Part shown: in pieces, positions 8,609 to 17,878 of the stretch
Position numbering within the stretch: position 1 is the first letter of the stretch
Layout: the number at the start of each line of letters is the position of its first letter
Assembly (NCBI GenBank): GCA_016207805.1
Contig: JACQZO010000007.1
Location: forward strand, 1,964 to 65,963
Origin: Candidatus Abawacabacteria bacterium
GTDB taxonomy: Bacteria > Patescibacteriota > Gracilibacteria > RBG-16-42-10
Direction: 5' to 3'
Length of the DNA stretch: 64,000 nt
Notes under the pieces: model-generated
Databases searched by the model: none
Seen by the model: the letters and a program-made list of their open reading frames with translations, nothing else
What the model was told of the DNA's origin: nothing
Made by a program: the position numbers and the translations under genes

Positions 8609-9434
8609 ATTTGATTGCTTTACGAAGAAAAAGATAGGTGCCGACACCTAAAAACAAAATCCAGAACAGTTGAATACTGGTGTAATGCCAAAAGATTACC
8701 CAGTCAAAATTCACTAGCAAGCGCGATGGGGCATAATAAATCTGAGTAAATGGTAAATATTCAACAATAGTTCTTAAACCTTCAGGGAAAAAAGCCACAG
8801 GCATAATCAGCCCACTAAAAATAAGTTGTGCTTTATTATAATTCCATAGTATTGGGGTGATATCTTCAAGCCAAAAAGCGAGAAGACCGATAAAGAGAAA
8901 AATAATAAACTCAATCAAATAACCCAGAATTACTGTCAAAGTAGCCAATAATAGCGTCGTTGCTGGTATTGAGATCATGCCCACCAAAAGCCAAGCAACA
9001 AAACAGCCAATGAAAATATTTACCACTAATAAGGGTAAAGTTTTTCCCACAAAAGAGGCTAAGTGAAACAGCAGAAAAGAATAGGGTTTACTAATAGAAT
9101 AGGCAATGACACCAGATTTAATTTCTTCTTCAATCACTTTAGCTACCGGTGGTCGAGCAGCTGCTTGAAATGACTGAGCAAAAATAACGCCCCATATTAC
9201 CATGGGTATAGTGAACCCGTTAATGATGTCAGTGTGAGAACTCTGGTATATGGCAAGATAGAGATAAGAGAGTACCCATACACGCATTATTACTAATCCC
9301 GTGCGACTAAATAAAGGGACAATATGCACTAGACTATTATTGATATTGGCTCGCACAAGAGCCCAGTATTTAGCTAATTTCTTTCTGAGAAATAATTTAG
9401 ACACTAAAGGTTTTGCGGTAGATGCGGCAATCAT
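8586..9434 (-). CDS. ABC-2-type transporter permease (type A of pair 1)
   Basis: Paralog of 6970-7821. Overlaps the ATPase stop by 4 nt. Confidence 0.7.
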   Translation of the reverse strand: MIAASTAKPLVSKLFLRKKLAKYWALVRANINNSLVHIVPLFSRTGLVIMRVWVLSYLYLAIYQSSHTDIINGFTIPMVIWGVIFAQSFQAAARPPVAKVIEEEIKSGVIAYSISKPYSFLLFHLASFVGKTLPLLVVNIFIGCFVAWLLVGMISIPATTLLLATLTVILGYLIEFIIFLFIGLLAFWLEDITPILWNYNKAQLIFSGLIMPVAFFPEGLRTIVEYLPFTQIYYAPSRLLVNFDWVIFWHYTSIQLFWILFLGVGTYLFLRKAIKYVSINGG

Positions 9435-10423
9435 AGTTGCTGTTCACGATAAATAGCAGCAATAATTTCTTCCATTGGTGGATCATAAATATTGATATCT
9501 TTGATCGAAAAGTTTTCTACTGCATAAGCTAATAACTTTTCTATCGAGCTAGTAGCGGTATCAAGCTCTACTCGCAAATTAAACTTACCTTGCTCCACCA
9601 CTTTTCCTCCTTGAAAATTAAAACTCTTGATACTCCCCTCTGTTACCAATTCGACTATTTTGGTCTTAATAAACTTCTTTTTTAACTCTTCGGTGGCATT
9701 GTCAAAGATTAATTTGCCATGATTAATAACAATAGTGCGACTGGCTAGCGCTTCAATATCACCAGCATCATGAGATGTGAGAAAGATAGTCACCTGCTCT
9801 TCTTTGTTGAGGTGCTTAATGACATCACGAATATGCTGTTTAGCAATTACATCTAGACCGATAGTGGGTTCATCTAAAAAAATAATCTTGGGGCGATGAA
9901 GCAATGATGCTACGATTTCGCAACGCATACGCTGACCGAGTGAGAGTTTGCGCACGGGTGTGCGTAATAAATTTTTAATTTCAAAAGCATCGACTAAAAA
10001 CTTGAAACGCTCCTGATAAGCTTTTTCATCAAGTTCATAGATCTTAGCAAAAAGATTATAAGTATCTTCTGGTGGCAAGTGATACCACAATTGCGGCTTT
10101 TGACCGAATACCAAACCAATATGAAAAGCTAATTGTTGGCGCTTTTTGGTTGGATCAAAGCCAAGTACATTGATTGCACCGCTACTAGGAAAAAGAATAC
10201 CACTGAGCATTTTTATAGTAGTAGATTTACCAGCACCATTGGGACCAATGAATGCAATTATTTCTCCTGCTTGGACAGTAAAAGAAATATTGTCCACGGC
10301 TTTAATTTCCTTATACTCAGGTTTGAAAAGAGATCGGAGCCCGGCAGCAAAACCCGCGCTTTTTTGTTTGAGCTTAAATACTTTGTTCAGGTTTTTTACC
10401 TGAATGATTTTGTTATCTGGCAT
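9431..10423 (-). CDS. ABC transporter ATP-binding protein
   Basis: Walker A GPNGAGKSTT, signature LSLGQRMR, Walker B IIFLDEPTIGLD, H-loop TSHD. Start moved to MPDNKIIQVKNL. Confidence 0.9.
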   Translation of the reverse strand: MPDNKIIQVKNLNKVFKLKQKSAGFAAGLRSLFKPEYKEIKAVDNISFTVQAGEIIAFIGPNGAGKSTTIKMLSGILFPSSGAINVLGFDPTKKRQQLAFHIGLVFGQKPQLWYHLPPEDTYNLFAKIYELDEKAYQERFKFLVDAFEIKNLLRTPVRKLSLGQRMRCEIVASLLHRPKIIFLDEPTIGLDVIAKQHIRDVIKHLNKEEQVTIFLTSHDAGDIEALASRTIVINHGKLIFDNATEELKKKFIKTKIVELVTEGSIKSFNFQGGKVVEQGKFNLRVELDTATSSIEKLLAYAVENFSIKDINIYDPPMEEIIAAIYREQQL

Positions 10424-10491
10424 AGCATAGAAAAACCAGTGGCAGCTTAGCATGAACTGGTTATCGAAGAAAATTCTTTTTATTTGTAGTT

Positions 10492-12237
10492 TTAATTGTA
10501 TTTCCCTGCTTGAATAGACCAGAGCTTTTGATAGAGACCATCTCTGCTTAAGAGTGATTGATGGGTTCCAGTATCTACTACTTGACCTTTATCAATTACT
10601 ACAATTCGATCCATTTGCATAATGGTAGATAGACGATGAGCAATTACTATAGTTGTTTTATTATGCATAAGATTTTTTAGAGCTGCCTGAATTAAACTCT
10701 CGGATTCAGAATCAAGACTAGAGGTGGCTTCATCAAGTACCAATATAGGAGCATTCTTCAAAATAGCTCGAGCGATAGCGACTCTTTGTCTTTCACCACC
10801 AGATAACTTTATTCCCCTTTCACCTACATAAGTATCATATCCTTTAGGCAGCTGAGTAATGAACTCATGACAATAAGCTTGCTTGGCTGCAGTTTGTACT
10901 TCAGCCAAAGATGCCGTTGTACCATAGCGAATATTCTCAAATAATGTGCGATGGAAAAGCACAGGATCCTGAGGGACAAAAGCGATGCTTTGCCAAAGAC
11001 TTTTTTGACTCACTTGTTTGATATCTTGGTGATCAATAGTAATACTTCCCTGTGGTACATCGTAAAATCGCAATAATAGTTTTACTAAAGTAGATTTGCC
11101 AGCTCCGGAAGGACCAACAATAGCTATTTTTTCTCCCGCAGTAATTGCCAAAGTAAAGTCCTTCAAAACTGGTCGCTCATGGTAACTAAAAGACAATTTA
11201 GTAAAATTGATAGTTCCTTGGGAGACAAGTAATTCCTTAGCTGCCACTACATCCTGGATTTCACCAGGAGTATTTAAGATATCCGTCATTTCCTTGCCGT
11301 CGGCCCAAGCTGTATAGAAAACTTTTACTACTTTGCCAATGTCCCAAAACTTGGTCATGAGGGAAAAGACATAGCTTTGGATTAAGACATAATCGCCCAA
11401 GCTTAGTTGATTGATACTCCAATAATAAAAAGCTGTGCCAAGGATTACTACTTCAACAGTTAAATTGATAGCATTTTGTAATACAAAGTTTTTTTCAGCG
11501 GTAAAGACTGTAGCTCTCATCAACAGACTCTTTTCATGGTTCAACTTTTGAAAAGCACGATTTTCTTGTTCACTAGCAGCAAACAACTTCACGTTCATCT
11601 GATTGCTCAAGATATCAGCCAGGAATCCCGTTACTTCTGAATCTTTTGCTGCTCGAGCATTTTCCAGCGCTCTTTTGACATAAAAGAAGATAATATTCAT
11701 AGCTAATACGAAACTGATACCGCCAAGAATTGCTGCCCCGATCCATAGCTTGTAGAAGCTAATAATAATCGTCATCGATAATAGTGCCAGCAGTAAAGGG
11801 GTGATGCGCCACAAAACAGTTTCTGCTGTATTGTAAAATCCGGCAGAAAAAGTCCGTACCTTTTTCACTAAACTGCCGGCAAAGTTATCTAAGAAGAAGC
11901 TCTGTGATTGGGTTAACAAATGTTGAAATGCAGTATTTTCCAAATCTTCCGCTACTCGAGGCAATGTGCTTGCCGTCAGAAACCCAGAACAACGCCAGGA
12001 TAGCCATGAGATTAGCAAGCAGAGAAAGGCAGTAACTAATTGCCAAACTAATGTTTGCCATTGGTAATTATCAAGTGGGAAACTGCTCGTGCTCATGTTG
12101 CCAACCACTCGAGAAAATTGCCAGAGAGTCACTGAACTCATAGTCTCTGCAAAAGCAATCATTGCCACTGTTGCTAAAGCGCGGGTGCGATAAGGTCGGA
12201 GATGAGCTAAATAGATTTGCCAGACATTCTTAGCCAT
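10492..12237 (-). CDS. ABC exporter, fused permease/ATPase (MsbA/multidrug type)
   Basis: Six-helix TMD followed by GPSGAGKST, LSGGERQR and LVLDEATSSLD. The ATG at 12235-12237 (MAKNVW) is preferred over the upstream TTG. Confidence 0.9.
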   Translation of the reverse strand: MAKNVWQIYLAHLRPYRTRALATVAMIAFAETMSSVTLWQFSRVVGNMSTSSFPLDNYQWQTLVWQLVTAFLCLLISWLSWRCSGFLTASTLPRVAEDLENTAFQHLLTQSQSFFLDNFAGSLVKKVRTFSAGFYNTAETVLWRITPLLLALLSMTIIISFYKLWIGAAILGGISFVLAMNIIFFYVKRALENARAAKDSEVTGFLADILSNQMNVKLFAASEQENRAFQKLNHEKSLLMRATVFTAEKNFVLQNAINLTVEVVILGTAFYYWSINQLSLGDYVLIQSYVFSLMTKFWDIGKVVKVFYTAWADGKEMTDILNTPGEIQDVVAAKELLVSQGTINFTKLSFSYHERPVLKDFTLAITAGEKIAIVGPSGAGKSTLVKLLLRFYDVPQGSITIDHQDIKQVSQKSLWQSIAFVPQDPVLFHRTLFENIRYGTTASLAEVQTAAKQAYCHEFITQLPKGYDTYVGERGIKLSGGERQRVAIARAILKNAPILVLDEATSSLDSESESLIQAALKNLMHNKTTIVIAHRLSTIMQMDRIVVIDKGQVVDTGTHQSLLSRDGLYQKLWSIQAGKYN

Positions 12238-12360
12238 AAAGCAAAATTTGGGCCACTCTAACAAATCTCTAGCTAAAAGCGAATAGCAAGCATAAAGTTA
12301 GCTAATGTATTCCAGAATCTAGATCCCCTATGCTAGGATCTCTACGATTTTTATTTATTT

Positions 12361-14208
12361 ATGAAGAAATTCTTCTTGGCCATAGTAGCCGTTCTCCTAG
12401 TTTTTAGTGCCTTCCCTCATGTCCGTGCTGCCGATTTTCCTGATGTGCCTTCTTCTCATCCCAATTATACAGCAGTTAATTTTTTGCGTGATCGTGGTGT
12501 AATCAACGGTTATGAGGATGGTACTTACAAACCTAATCGTTCAGTCACAAGAGCTGAGTTTTTGAAGATTATTCTTTTGTCATCAGGACATTCGGTGCAA
12601 GCTGGAGATCTAGACCGAGGAGCTTTTTCTGATGTACCTATGAGTGCTTGGTACTTTGGCTATATTAATCGGGGTTTAGCATTGGGAGTAATCAGTGGTT
12701 ACCCTGATGGCCTGTTCCGTCCTGATCAAACAGTGAATCGAGTAGAAGCACTGAAAATTATGCTGAGAGCCAATAATATTGTTGAGGCCAGTTTACCTAC
12801 TAGTGGTAGCAATTATGCTGATATTTCCGCAGGAGTTTGGTACGAACCATATGCCCGTTTTGCCATGGCAGCACATTTATTCGATGGCGCTCAATTACGT
12901 CCCAGCGAAATGATGAATCGAGGACAAGTGGCAGAAATGGTGCATCGTTTCTATCTATACCGACCAGATTTATTACCTAGCTCTCCAATTCCCTCACCAA
13001 CACCAACAACTACTATTACGCCAACACCATCAGCGACTACCTCTCCCTTGCCAACACCAATTGCACCAACTAGTTCTGCAACTCCGACACCAACAGTTAC
13101 CGCAAGTAGTAGCTTCCGCGTAAATTCTGCTTCTATGTTGGCACCATCGCCAGCTAACTATATGGGTCCTTGTCCCGCCTGGAGTCCGATAAGTTTTGTG
13201 GGTATAGTGAATACTAATGGTCTAGCTGGTAATATTGCTTATCGTTGGGAAAGAATTGGTGGAGGACATGTGACTAATTTTGAGGTATTGGGTATTCCCG
13301 CAGGCCAATCTTCAGTTTCTTTGCACTGGAATCCCAATTGGGATACATCTGTTCATACTGCCTATCGACTACATGTTTTAAATAATGCTGATGGCAGTAA
13401 TATGGCGGATTCAGGTTATGAAGGCTTTGCCATTGATTGTACTAGCAGTGGCGCTTCACCTTCTCCCACTCCGACTCCTACTCCAACCTCTAGTAGCACA
13501 ACACTGAATGTTACTGCCATAGGTTTAGGTTATTCTGGTACGGCATCATATTCTGCCACCTGTCCGAGTACATTAGCATTTAATTTTAAAGGTAGCGTTA
13601 CTACCAATGGCCAAGCAGGTACCATTCGCTATTATGTAGAGGATGAAACTGGTAATCGCAGTACGGAAGGCACTTATACTTTTAGTGCAGGTATTACTTC
13701 ATCCCCAATCTTGGGCAATAGATTAGAATATACTAATACTTCTACTGATTGGGTTCGTTATGTTCGTCGTTTTGTCATTACTCCTGATGGCCAGACACAT
13801 AATTCCGGTCCTATCCATATTGTATCCCAATGTGCATCTTCTCATGCCCCTGCTGCTCATCGTGTCGATAGAGCATTTTTTACTGCCAATCAACCAAGTT
13901 GGGGTACTAGGTGGGTTTGTGGTAGGGATAATACGTATAATTTAGCTGGTAGAGCATATTTGGTACAACCCGCGGCTGGTGGAGATGTGACATATCGTTG
14001 GATATTTAATACTGGTGTCAGCACCACACCAGCAACAGTCACGTACACTCCTGGCTCAACACCATATGTATTGTTACCGGTATATGATTGGGTTATTCCC
14101 CGAGATGCTCCAGAAGGTGCCTATACGGCTTGGTTGGAAATCACTGCCCCAAATGTCATTAGATCTGAGTCGGTAACTATTACTAAACCGCGTTGTTTTT
14201 CTCTCTAG
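12361..14208 (+). CDS. secreted SLH-domain protein with Pro/Thr linkers and three Cys-bounded repeat modules
   Basis: Signal peptide MKKFFLAIVAVLLVFSAFPHVRA. Three SLH repeats: FPDVPSSHPNY...GYEDGTYKPNRSVTRAEF, FSDVPMSAWY...GYPDGLFRPDQTVNRVEA, YADISAGVWY. PT-rich linkers. Repeat modules C271-C360, C401-C491 and C520-C612. Confidence 0.8.
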   Translation: MKKFFLAIVAVLLVFSAFPHVRAADFPDVPSSHPNYTAVNFLRDRGVINGYEDGTYKPNRSVTRAEFLKIILLSSGHSVQAGDLDRGAFSDVPMSAWYFGYINRGLALGVISGYPDGLFRPDQTVNRVEALKIMLRANNIVEASLPTSGSNYADISAGVWYEPYARFAMAAHLFDGAQLRPSEMMNRGQVAEMVHRFYLYRPDLLPSSPIPSPTPTTTITPTPSATTSPLPTPIAPTSSATPTPTVTASSSFRVNSASMLAPSPANYMGPCPAWSPISFVGIVNTNGLAGNIAYRWERIGGGHVTNFEVLGIPAGQSSVSLHWNPNWDTSVHTAYRLHVLNNADGSNMADSGYEGFAIDCTSSGASPSPTPTPTPTSSSTTLNVTAIGLGYSGTASYSATCPSTLAFNFKGSVTTNGQAGTIRYYVEDETGNRSTEGTYTFSAGITSSPILGNRLEYTNTSTDWVRYVRRFVITPDGQTHNSGPIHIVSQCASSHAPAAHRVDRAFFTANQPSWGTRWVCGRDNTYNLAGRAYLVQPAAGGDVTYRWIFNTGVSTTPATVTYTPGSTPYVLLPVYDWVIPRDAPEGAYTAWLEITAPNVIRSESVTITKPRCFSL

Positions 14209-14262
14209 GTCGGTTGGCTCTCAAGAAAAATTAGGTTATAGTAGGCGGTCTTGATTTTATTC

Positions 14263-14907
14263 ATGGATATTTTGGGACCGCCCAGAGGAATGGAGCAATT
14301 ATATGATGTTACTGAAAAAGAGTTAGCGAGAAGAAGGGCTTTTCGTCTATTACTGGAGTTCATACATCAAACCAATATGCAGGAGAGAGTATTGTTGTGG
14401 AATATTCTCAATGTCGGTTGTGGATATGGTGCAGATGTGAAGGATATGCAAGAAACCGCTACGGTTAAAAGTGAGCAGGTGGCTGTTTATTCTGTCGATT
14501 ACTGGAGAGCGATACAGGACTACAATGAACAATATCGTGCTGGCGCAAATAGAACTTTCATTTGTGCAGATGCTTCTCATCCAGATATTCTAGCACGTTA
14601 CCCTACTGTAATTAATCAGCTTATTATGAGACATCCGGAAGTTTGTCCGTGGGATCAAGAAATGTGGTTTAAGATGCTTTTATGGCCATGGCAAAGATTG
14701 GCTCTAGGAAAAGAGGTATTGGTTACTACCTACAATAAACCTGAGTTTAATAGAATGGTGAATGTTATAGATGGCTTACCAGATAGAAAAATTATTCAGG
14801 CGGAAGAAAATCCCCATCGAGATCCTACTCTAGAGCAATTTAGTCGCAAAGCAGAGGCTCTTAATTGTCCAGATTTTTATGTTATTCGCGTCCAAAAAGT
14901 TGCTTAG
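14263..14907 (+). CDS. hypothetical protein, possibly class I SAM-dependent methyltransferase-like
   Basis: LNVGCGYGADV resembles SAM-MTase motif I (GCGxG). No other motif is secure. Start at the ATG at 14263. Confidence 0.35.
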   Translation: MDILGPPRGMEQLYDVTEKELARRRAFRLLLEFIHQTNMQERVLLWNILNVGCGYGADVKDMQETATVKSEQVAVYSVDYWRAIQDYNEQYRAGANRTFICADASHPDILARYPTVINQLIMRHPEVCPWDQEMWFKMLLWPWQRLALGKEVLVTTYNKPEFNRMVNVIDGLPDRKIIQAEENPHRDPTLEQFSRKAEALNCPDFYVIRVQKVA

Positions 14908-14938
14908 CTCGTCACTACAAAAAACTTGTTTATTGCTA

Positions 14939-14966
14939 TTGCAATTACGTGCTGCTTCGTTATAAT
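14939..14966 (+). promoter_or_regulatory. sigma70-like promoter for the tRNA-Gly/tRNA-Pro unit
   Basis: TTGCAA (14939-14944), a 16-nt spacer, then a perfect TATAAT (14961-14966), 13 nt before the tRNA-Gly 5' end. Confidence 0.5.
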
Positions 14967-14979
14967 CGGCTTGCTATTT

Positions 14980-15053
14980 GCGGGTATAGTATAGCGGTAT
15001 TATGACTGCCTTCCAAGCAGTAGAGATGGGTTCAATTCCCATTACCCGCTCCA
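14980..15053 (+). tRNA. tRNA-Gly (anticodon UCC), CCA encoded
   Basis: Hand-folded cloverleaf. Acceptor GCGGGTA/TACCCGC, anticodon stem ACTGC/GCAGT with loop CTTCCAA, T-arm ATGGG-TTCAATT-CCCAT, discriminator T, then CCA. Confidence 0.9.
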
Positions 15054-15188
15054 CGAGGTCACTTGTGACCGAGTCTGGATCCTTGATCCTGTTTCCGGAA
15101 GATGTAGTCTACAAAAAGACTTTCTGACCTCAAGGAAATAGGAGCCAGGAAAGAGGAATAGTAGATCTCAACAAGAGTCTCACATTAT

Positions 15189-15265
15189 CGGGGTATGGCT
15201 CAGTTGGCTAGAGCGCCTGCTTTGGGAGCAGGAAGTCGCAGGTTCGAGTCCTGCTACCCCGACCA
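15189..15265 (+). tRNA. tRNA-Pro (anticodon UGG), CCA encoded
   Basis: Acceptor CGGGGTA/TACCCCG, D-arm GCTC-AGTTGGCTA-GAGC, anticodon stem CCTGC/GCAGG with loop TTTGGGA, T-arm GCAGG-TTCGAGT-CCTGC. Confidence 0.9.
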
Positions 15266-15463
15266 TACGAGCTCGCACCAATCCAGGCGAGCAAGTCTTA
15301 TTCCTCGTTCCTCATTCCTAGGAGCCCTTTTTATATGTGGTACTTTTCGCGAGCTCAAGGAGTGAGGAAGAAGGAACTAGGAATTGAGCGGCTTAGACCA
15401 ATATACAGCAGAGCTATTTACATATTCTCAAATCGTAGTACAGTAAATTTCTTAAGTTTTTCG

Positions 15464-16099
15464 ATGAAGACCGATATTGATGCTTTGTGGGATAGGGTTG
15501 CTGATGCTTTTTCTGTAGCTGAGCGTGATCAAGCAAGGGCAGCTCTATCTACTGTGGTGACGCAGGGATTGTTAGATGATTGTAAAGATGAATCCTTTTT
15601 TACCACTCTACCTCAGTGGTTACTGCAATTTGCTGGTATTCCTAGTGATTGGGCTGATATGCGAATTAGTTTAAGAACCAGAGTACAATTAGAGGTACTG
15701 TGGTTTCGTCGACAGATTGTGGCTGAAGTAGCAAGCATTGAGCAGGTAAATACGCCAGAAAGTTTAGCCATACTGAGAAGAGCTATGCCTGAAGTAGCTG
15801 CTCAGCTTGAAAAAGCCCCGCCTATTGCGACGATCCCTCATTGGATTCACAAGATAATGAACAACTTTGTTCGTTACTTTATGGTTGTAGATACCAGAAA
15901 AGCTTATTTAGAGTTATATGCTGATTCTCCTGAGACTGCTGCTGCTTATGCCCGCTTAAGAGAGCTTCATGCTATTGTTGATCAACTGTTGCATGGTAAG
16001 CAAGTAACTCAAGTTGATAATGAATCTATATTCTTAGCATTTCCGATATTTTGTGCATTATTAGATCGTGGCTATTCAATAACTGAATTAAGAAAGTAA
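15464..16099 (+). CDS. hypothetical protein
   Basis: ORF 15335-16099. Start trimmed to the ATG at 15464 (MKTDIDALW), because the upstream part lies in the tRNA trailer region. No recognisable motif. Confidence 0.5.
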   Translation: MKTDIDALWDRVADAFSVAERDQARAALSTVVTQGLLDDCKDESFFTTLPQWLLQFAGIPSDWADMRISLRTRVQLEVLWFRRQIVAEVASIEQVNTPESLAILRRAMPEVAAQLEKAPPIATIPHWIHKIMNNFVRYFMVVDTRKAYLELYADSPETAAAYARLRELHAIVDQLLHGKQVTQVDNESIFLAFPIFCALLDRGYSITELRK

Positions 16100-16127
16100 A
16101 TACTATTTATTACTCTAAGTAAAGAAT

Positions 16128-16826
16128 ATGAAAAAAACTGTGACGCATTCAGCCGGCAAATTATCACTAGCAGCGGGAGCCTTGGCCTTACTTACTTCTT
16201 GCCAATCACATGGAGAAGTACCTGCTAGAACCATTACCCGGCAGGTAATAGCCGCTACTTTACCTCCTGATGTTACTGATAATCATCCCCACGCACCAGC
16301 TATACGTTTTGTACTCGCTAATAATATTATGATTCCCGAAAGAGATGGGCTTTTTCATCCCGAAGTTGCCGTCACTAGAGGAGCGTTGTTACAAATCTTA
16401 ATGGATGCGGCTCATATTGAGCCTACTTCTCCAGTAACTAGAGATCCTTTCCCAGATGTATCAAGATTTCATCCTCAGGCTGGTTATGTTTTAAGAGCGC
16501 TGGAAATGGAAATTGTCCGTGGCTATCAAGATGGTCCTTTTCGAGGCCAATTCCGTATTGATCGTATAGTCAGTTTAATCGAGACACTAAAAGTGCTTTT
16601 ATTAACTCAGGGTATTGATATTAATAACTTACCCCGAGGTACAAGTTTTACTGATGTGCCTGCTGGAGAATGGTATGAAGGTGTTGGTTTATATGCTCAG
16701 CAGCATCACTTAGTAGATGCACATCCAGATGGCAGCATGGGCAGAGATGATCCTATGACACGAGCTGCAATAGCTGAAGTGATTTGGCGTTTTCTCCATC
16801 AGCGTCTGGCCCCGAGGCTTCGGTAA
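16128..16826 (+). CDS. lipoprotein with SLH-like repeats
   Basis: Lipobox LALLTSC. SLH-like segments FPDVSRFHPQAGYVLRALEMEIVRGYQDGPF and FTDVPAGEWYEGV...PMTRAAIAEVIWRF. Confidence 0.65.
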   Translation: MKKTVTHSAGKLSLAAGALALLTSCQSHGEVPARTITRQVIAATLPPDVTDNHPHAPAIRFVLANNIMIPERDGLFHPEVAVTRGALLQILMDAAHIEPTSPVTRDPFPDVSRFHPQAGYVLRALEMEIVRGYQDGPFRGQFRIDRIVSLIETLKVLLLTQGIDINNLPRGTSFTDVPAGEWYEGVGLYAQQHHLVDAHPDGSMGRDDPMTRAAIAEVIWRFLHQRLAPRLR

Positions 16827-16885
16827 ACGGTGCTTTGTTGACAATATGTATCCTGTTGTATAGTATCGCTTTCCTACTTTAATTT

Positions 16886-17341
16886 ATGTCTAAATTATCA
16901 GCAGCTTTACCTTTGCTCAGTGTATTAGGATGTGCTTCTATTACATCAGTGCCGGTAGCAAATCAACCAAATTTAGTAACAGCTGCACCTGTGGCTACTA
17001 GGAATGTGTGTGCTCAAGCACAAAGTAACATTTCAAGAATACGTGCGGCATGTGCTACTACCTTGGACCAGGTAGGGAGAGAGGAGTCTCAGCCTCGTAA
17101 TCATTGTTTAGGCACATTAGAATTTATTGCCAGTGTACAGGAAAGATTAGCTGCTATGCGTGCACAGTGTAGAGAAAGCATACGTCAAAACCCACAAGAT
17201 ACTTGCATGATAGGGGTTAGCCGTGCTGAACAAAGCATTCCTAGAATGCTTACTGTACTATCATCTAAATGTGCGACTTATCGTCAATGCCGTATTCGTT
17301 TAGCCGAAGCTTTAGCAACTCGAGATCAAGTCTGTCGCTAA
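16886..17341 (+). CDS. small Cys-rich putative lipoprotein
   Basis: Lipobox LSVLGC. Nine Cys in 151 aa. No recognisable domain. Confidence 0.5.
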   Translation: MSKLSAALPLLSVLGCASITSVPVANQPNLVTAAPVATRNVCAQAQSNISRIRAACATTLDQVGREESQPRNHCLGTLEFIASVQERLAAMRAQCRESIRQNPQDTCMIGVSRAEQSIPRMLTVLSSKCATYRQCRIRLAEALATRDQVCR

Positions 17342-17426
17342 AAAGTACCACTTCCCAAATCCTTGTCTCAGTCTTCGTGTTTGTCTTCGTCTTCATGATC
17401 TCGCTACTCCTCCCTCATTTCACCCA

Positions 17427-17463
17427 ACAAAAAAGGTCCTTGTAACACACACTGACAAGGACC
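17427..17463 (-). terminator. rho-independent terminator of hup (also placed to stop the convergent + strand genes)
   Basis: Minus strand: GGUCCUUGU-11 nt loop-ACAAGGACC (9 bp) followed by UUUUUUGUU. It begins about 27 nt after the hup stop. Confidence 0.65.
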
Positions 17464-17490
17464 TTCTTCGAAGTAACTGAGAAAACAATA

Positions 17491-17766
17491 CTAACGTACT
17501 GCTTCTTTGAGAGACTTACCAGCTTTGAAATGAGGTGTCTTCATAGCTGGGATCTTGATACGTTCAGTTGGATTACGTGGGTTTACACCTACGCGAGCAT
17601 TACGCTTGCTAACCATGAAAGTTCCGAAACCAGTGATGGTAACTTTACCTCCTTTAGCAAGAGTTTTGCTAACTGAATCCAACAGAGCCGCTACAGCTTG
17701 TGCAGCTGCAGTTTTGCTGAGCTTAGCTTGCGCTGCTACAGCATTGATGAGATCTGACTTTGACAT
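17491..17766 (-). CDS. hup: HU family DNA-binding protein
   Basis: MSKSDLINAVA...GFGTFMVSKRNARVGVNPRNPTERIKIPAMKTPHFKAGKSLKEAV is the canonical HU sequence. A strong SD, GGAGGTG, lies 7 nt upstream of the ATG. Confidence 0.92.
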   Translation of the reverse strand: MSKSDLINAVAAQAKLSKTAAAQAVAALLDSVSKTLAKGGKVTITGFGTFMVSKRNARVGVNPRNPTERIKIPAMKTPHFKAGKSLKEAVR

Positions 17767-17878
17767 TGTGATTCACCTCCTTTCAACATTGTAGCTTGAT
17801 TAGAATTTTATATGCTTTTTCAGCATACCGAAGCCATCTAAGCATACTCAGATATGAGTGTCAATAAGAGAAATGGCT

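Noticed and set aside
10133-10450. Antisense ORFs within the ABC ATPase gene, and the many similar 60-115 aa antisense ORFs listed across the window (e.g. 2092-2430, 20506-20853, 41674-41949, 46458-47299, 49746-50555, 53462-54115, 55493-55726)
   Set aside because: Each lies wholly inside a longer ORF with strong family motifs on the opposite strand, and none has a recognisable motif of its own.
15335-15463. N-terminal 43 codons of track ORF 15335-16099
   Set aside because: This part starts about 70 nt after tRNA-Pro in what looks like trailer or leader sequence. The internal ATG (MKTDIDALW) is a more plausible start, but this remains unproven.
17767-17878. Promoter for hup (TTGACA at about 17853-17858 on the minus strand)
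   Set aside because: The -35 is perfect, but the best -10 at 17-nt spacing is only TTAGAT. This is too weak to report as a feature in an AT-rich spacer.
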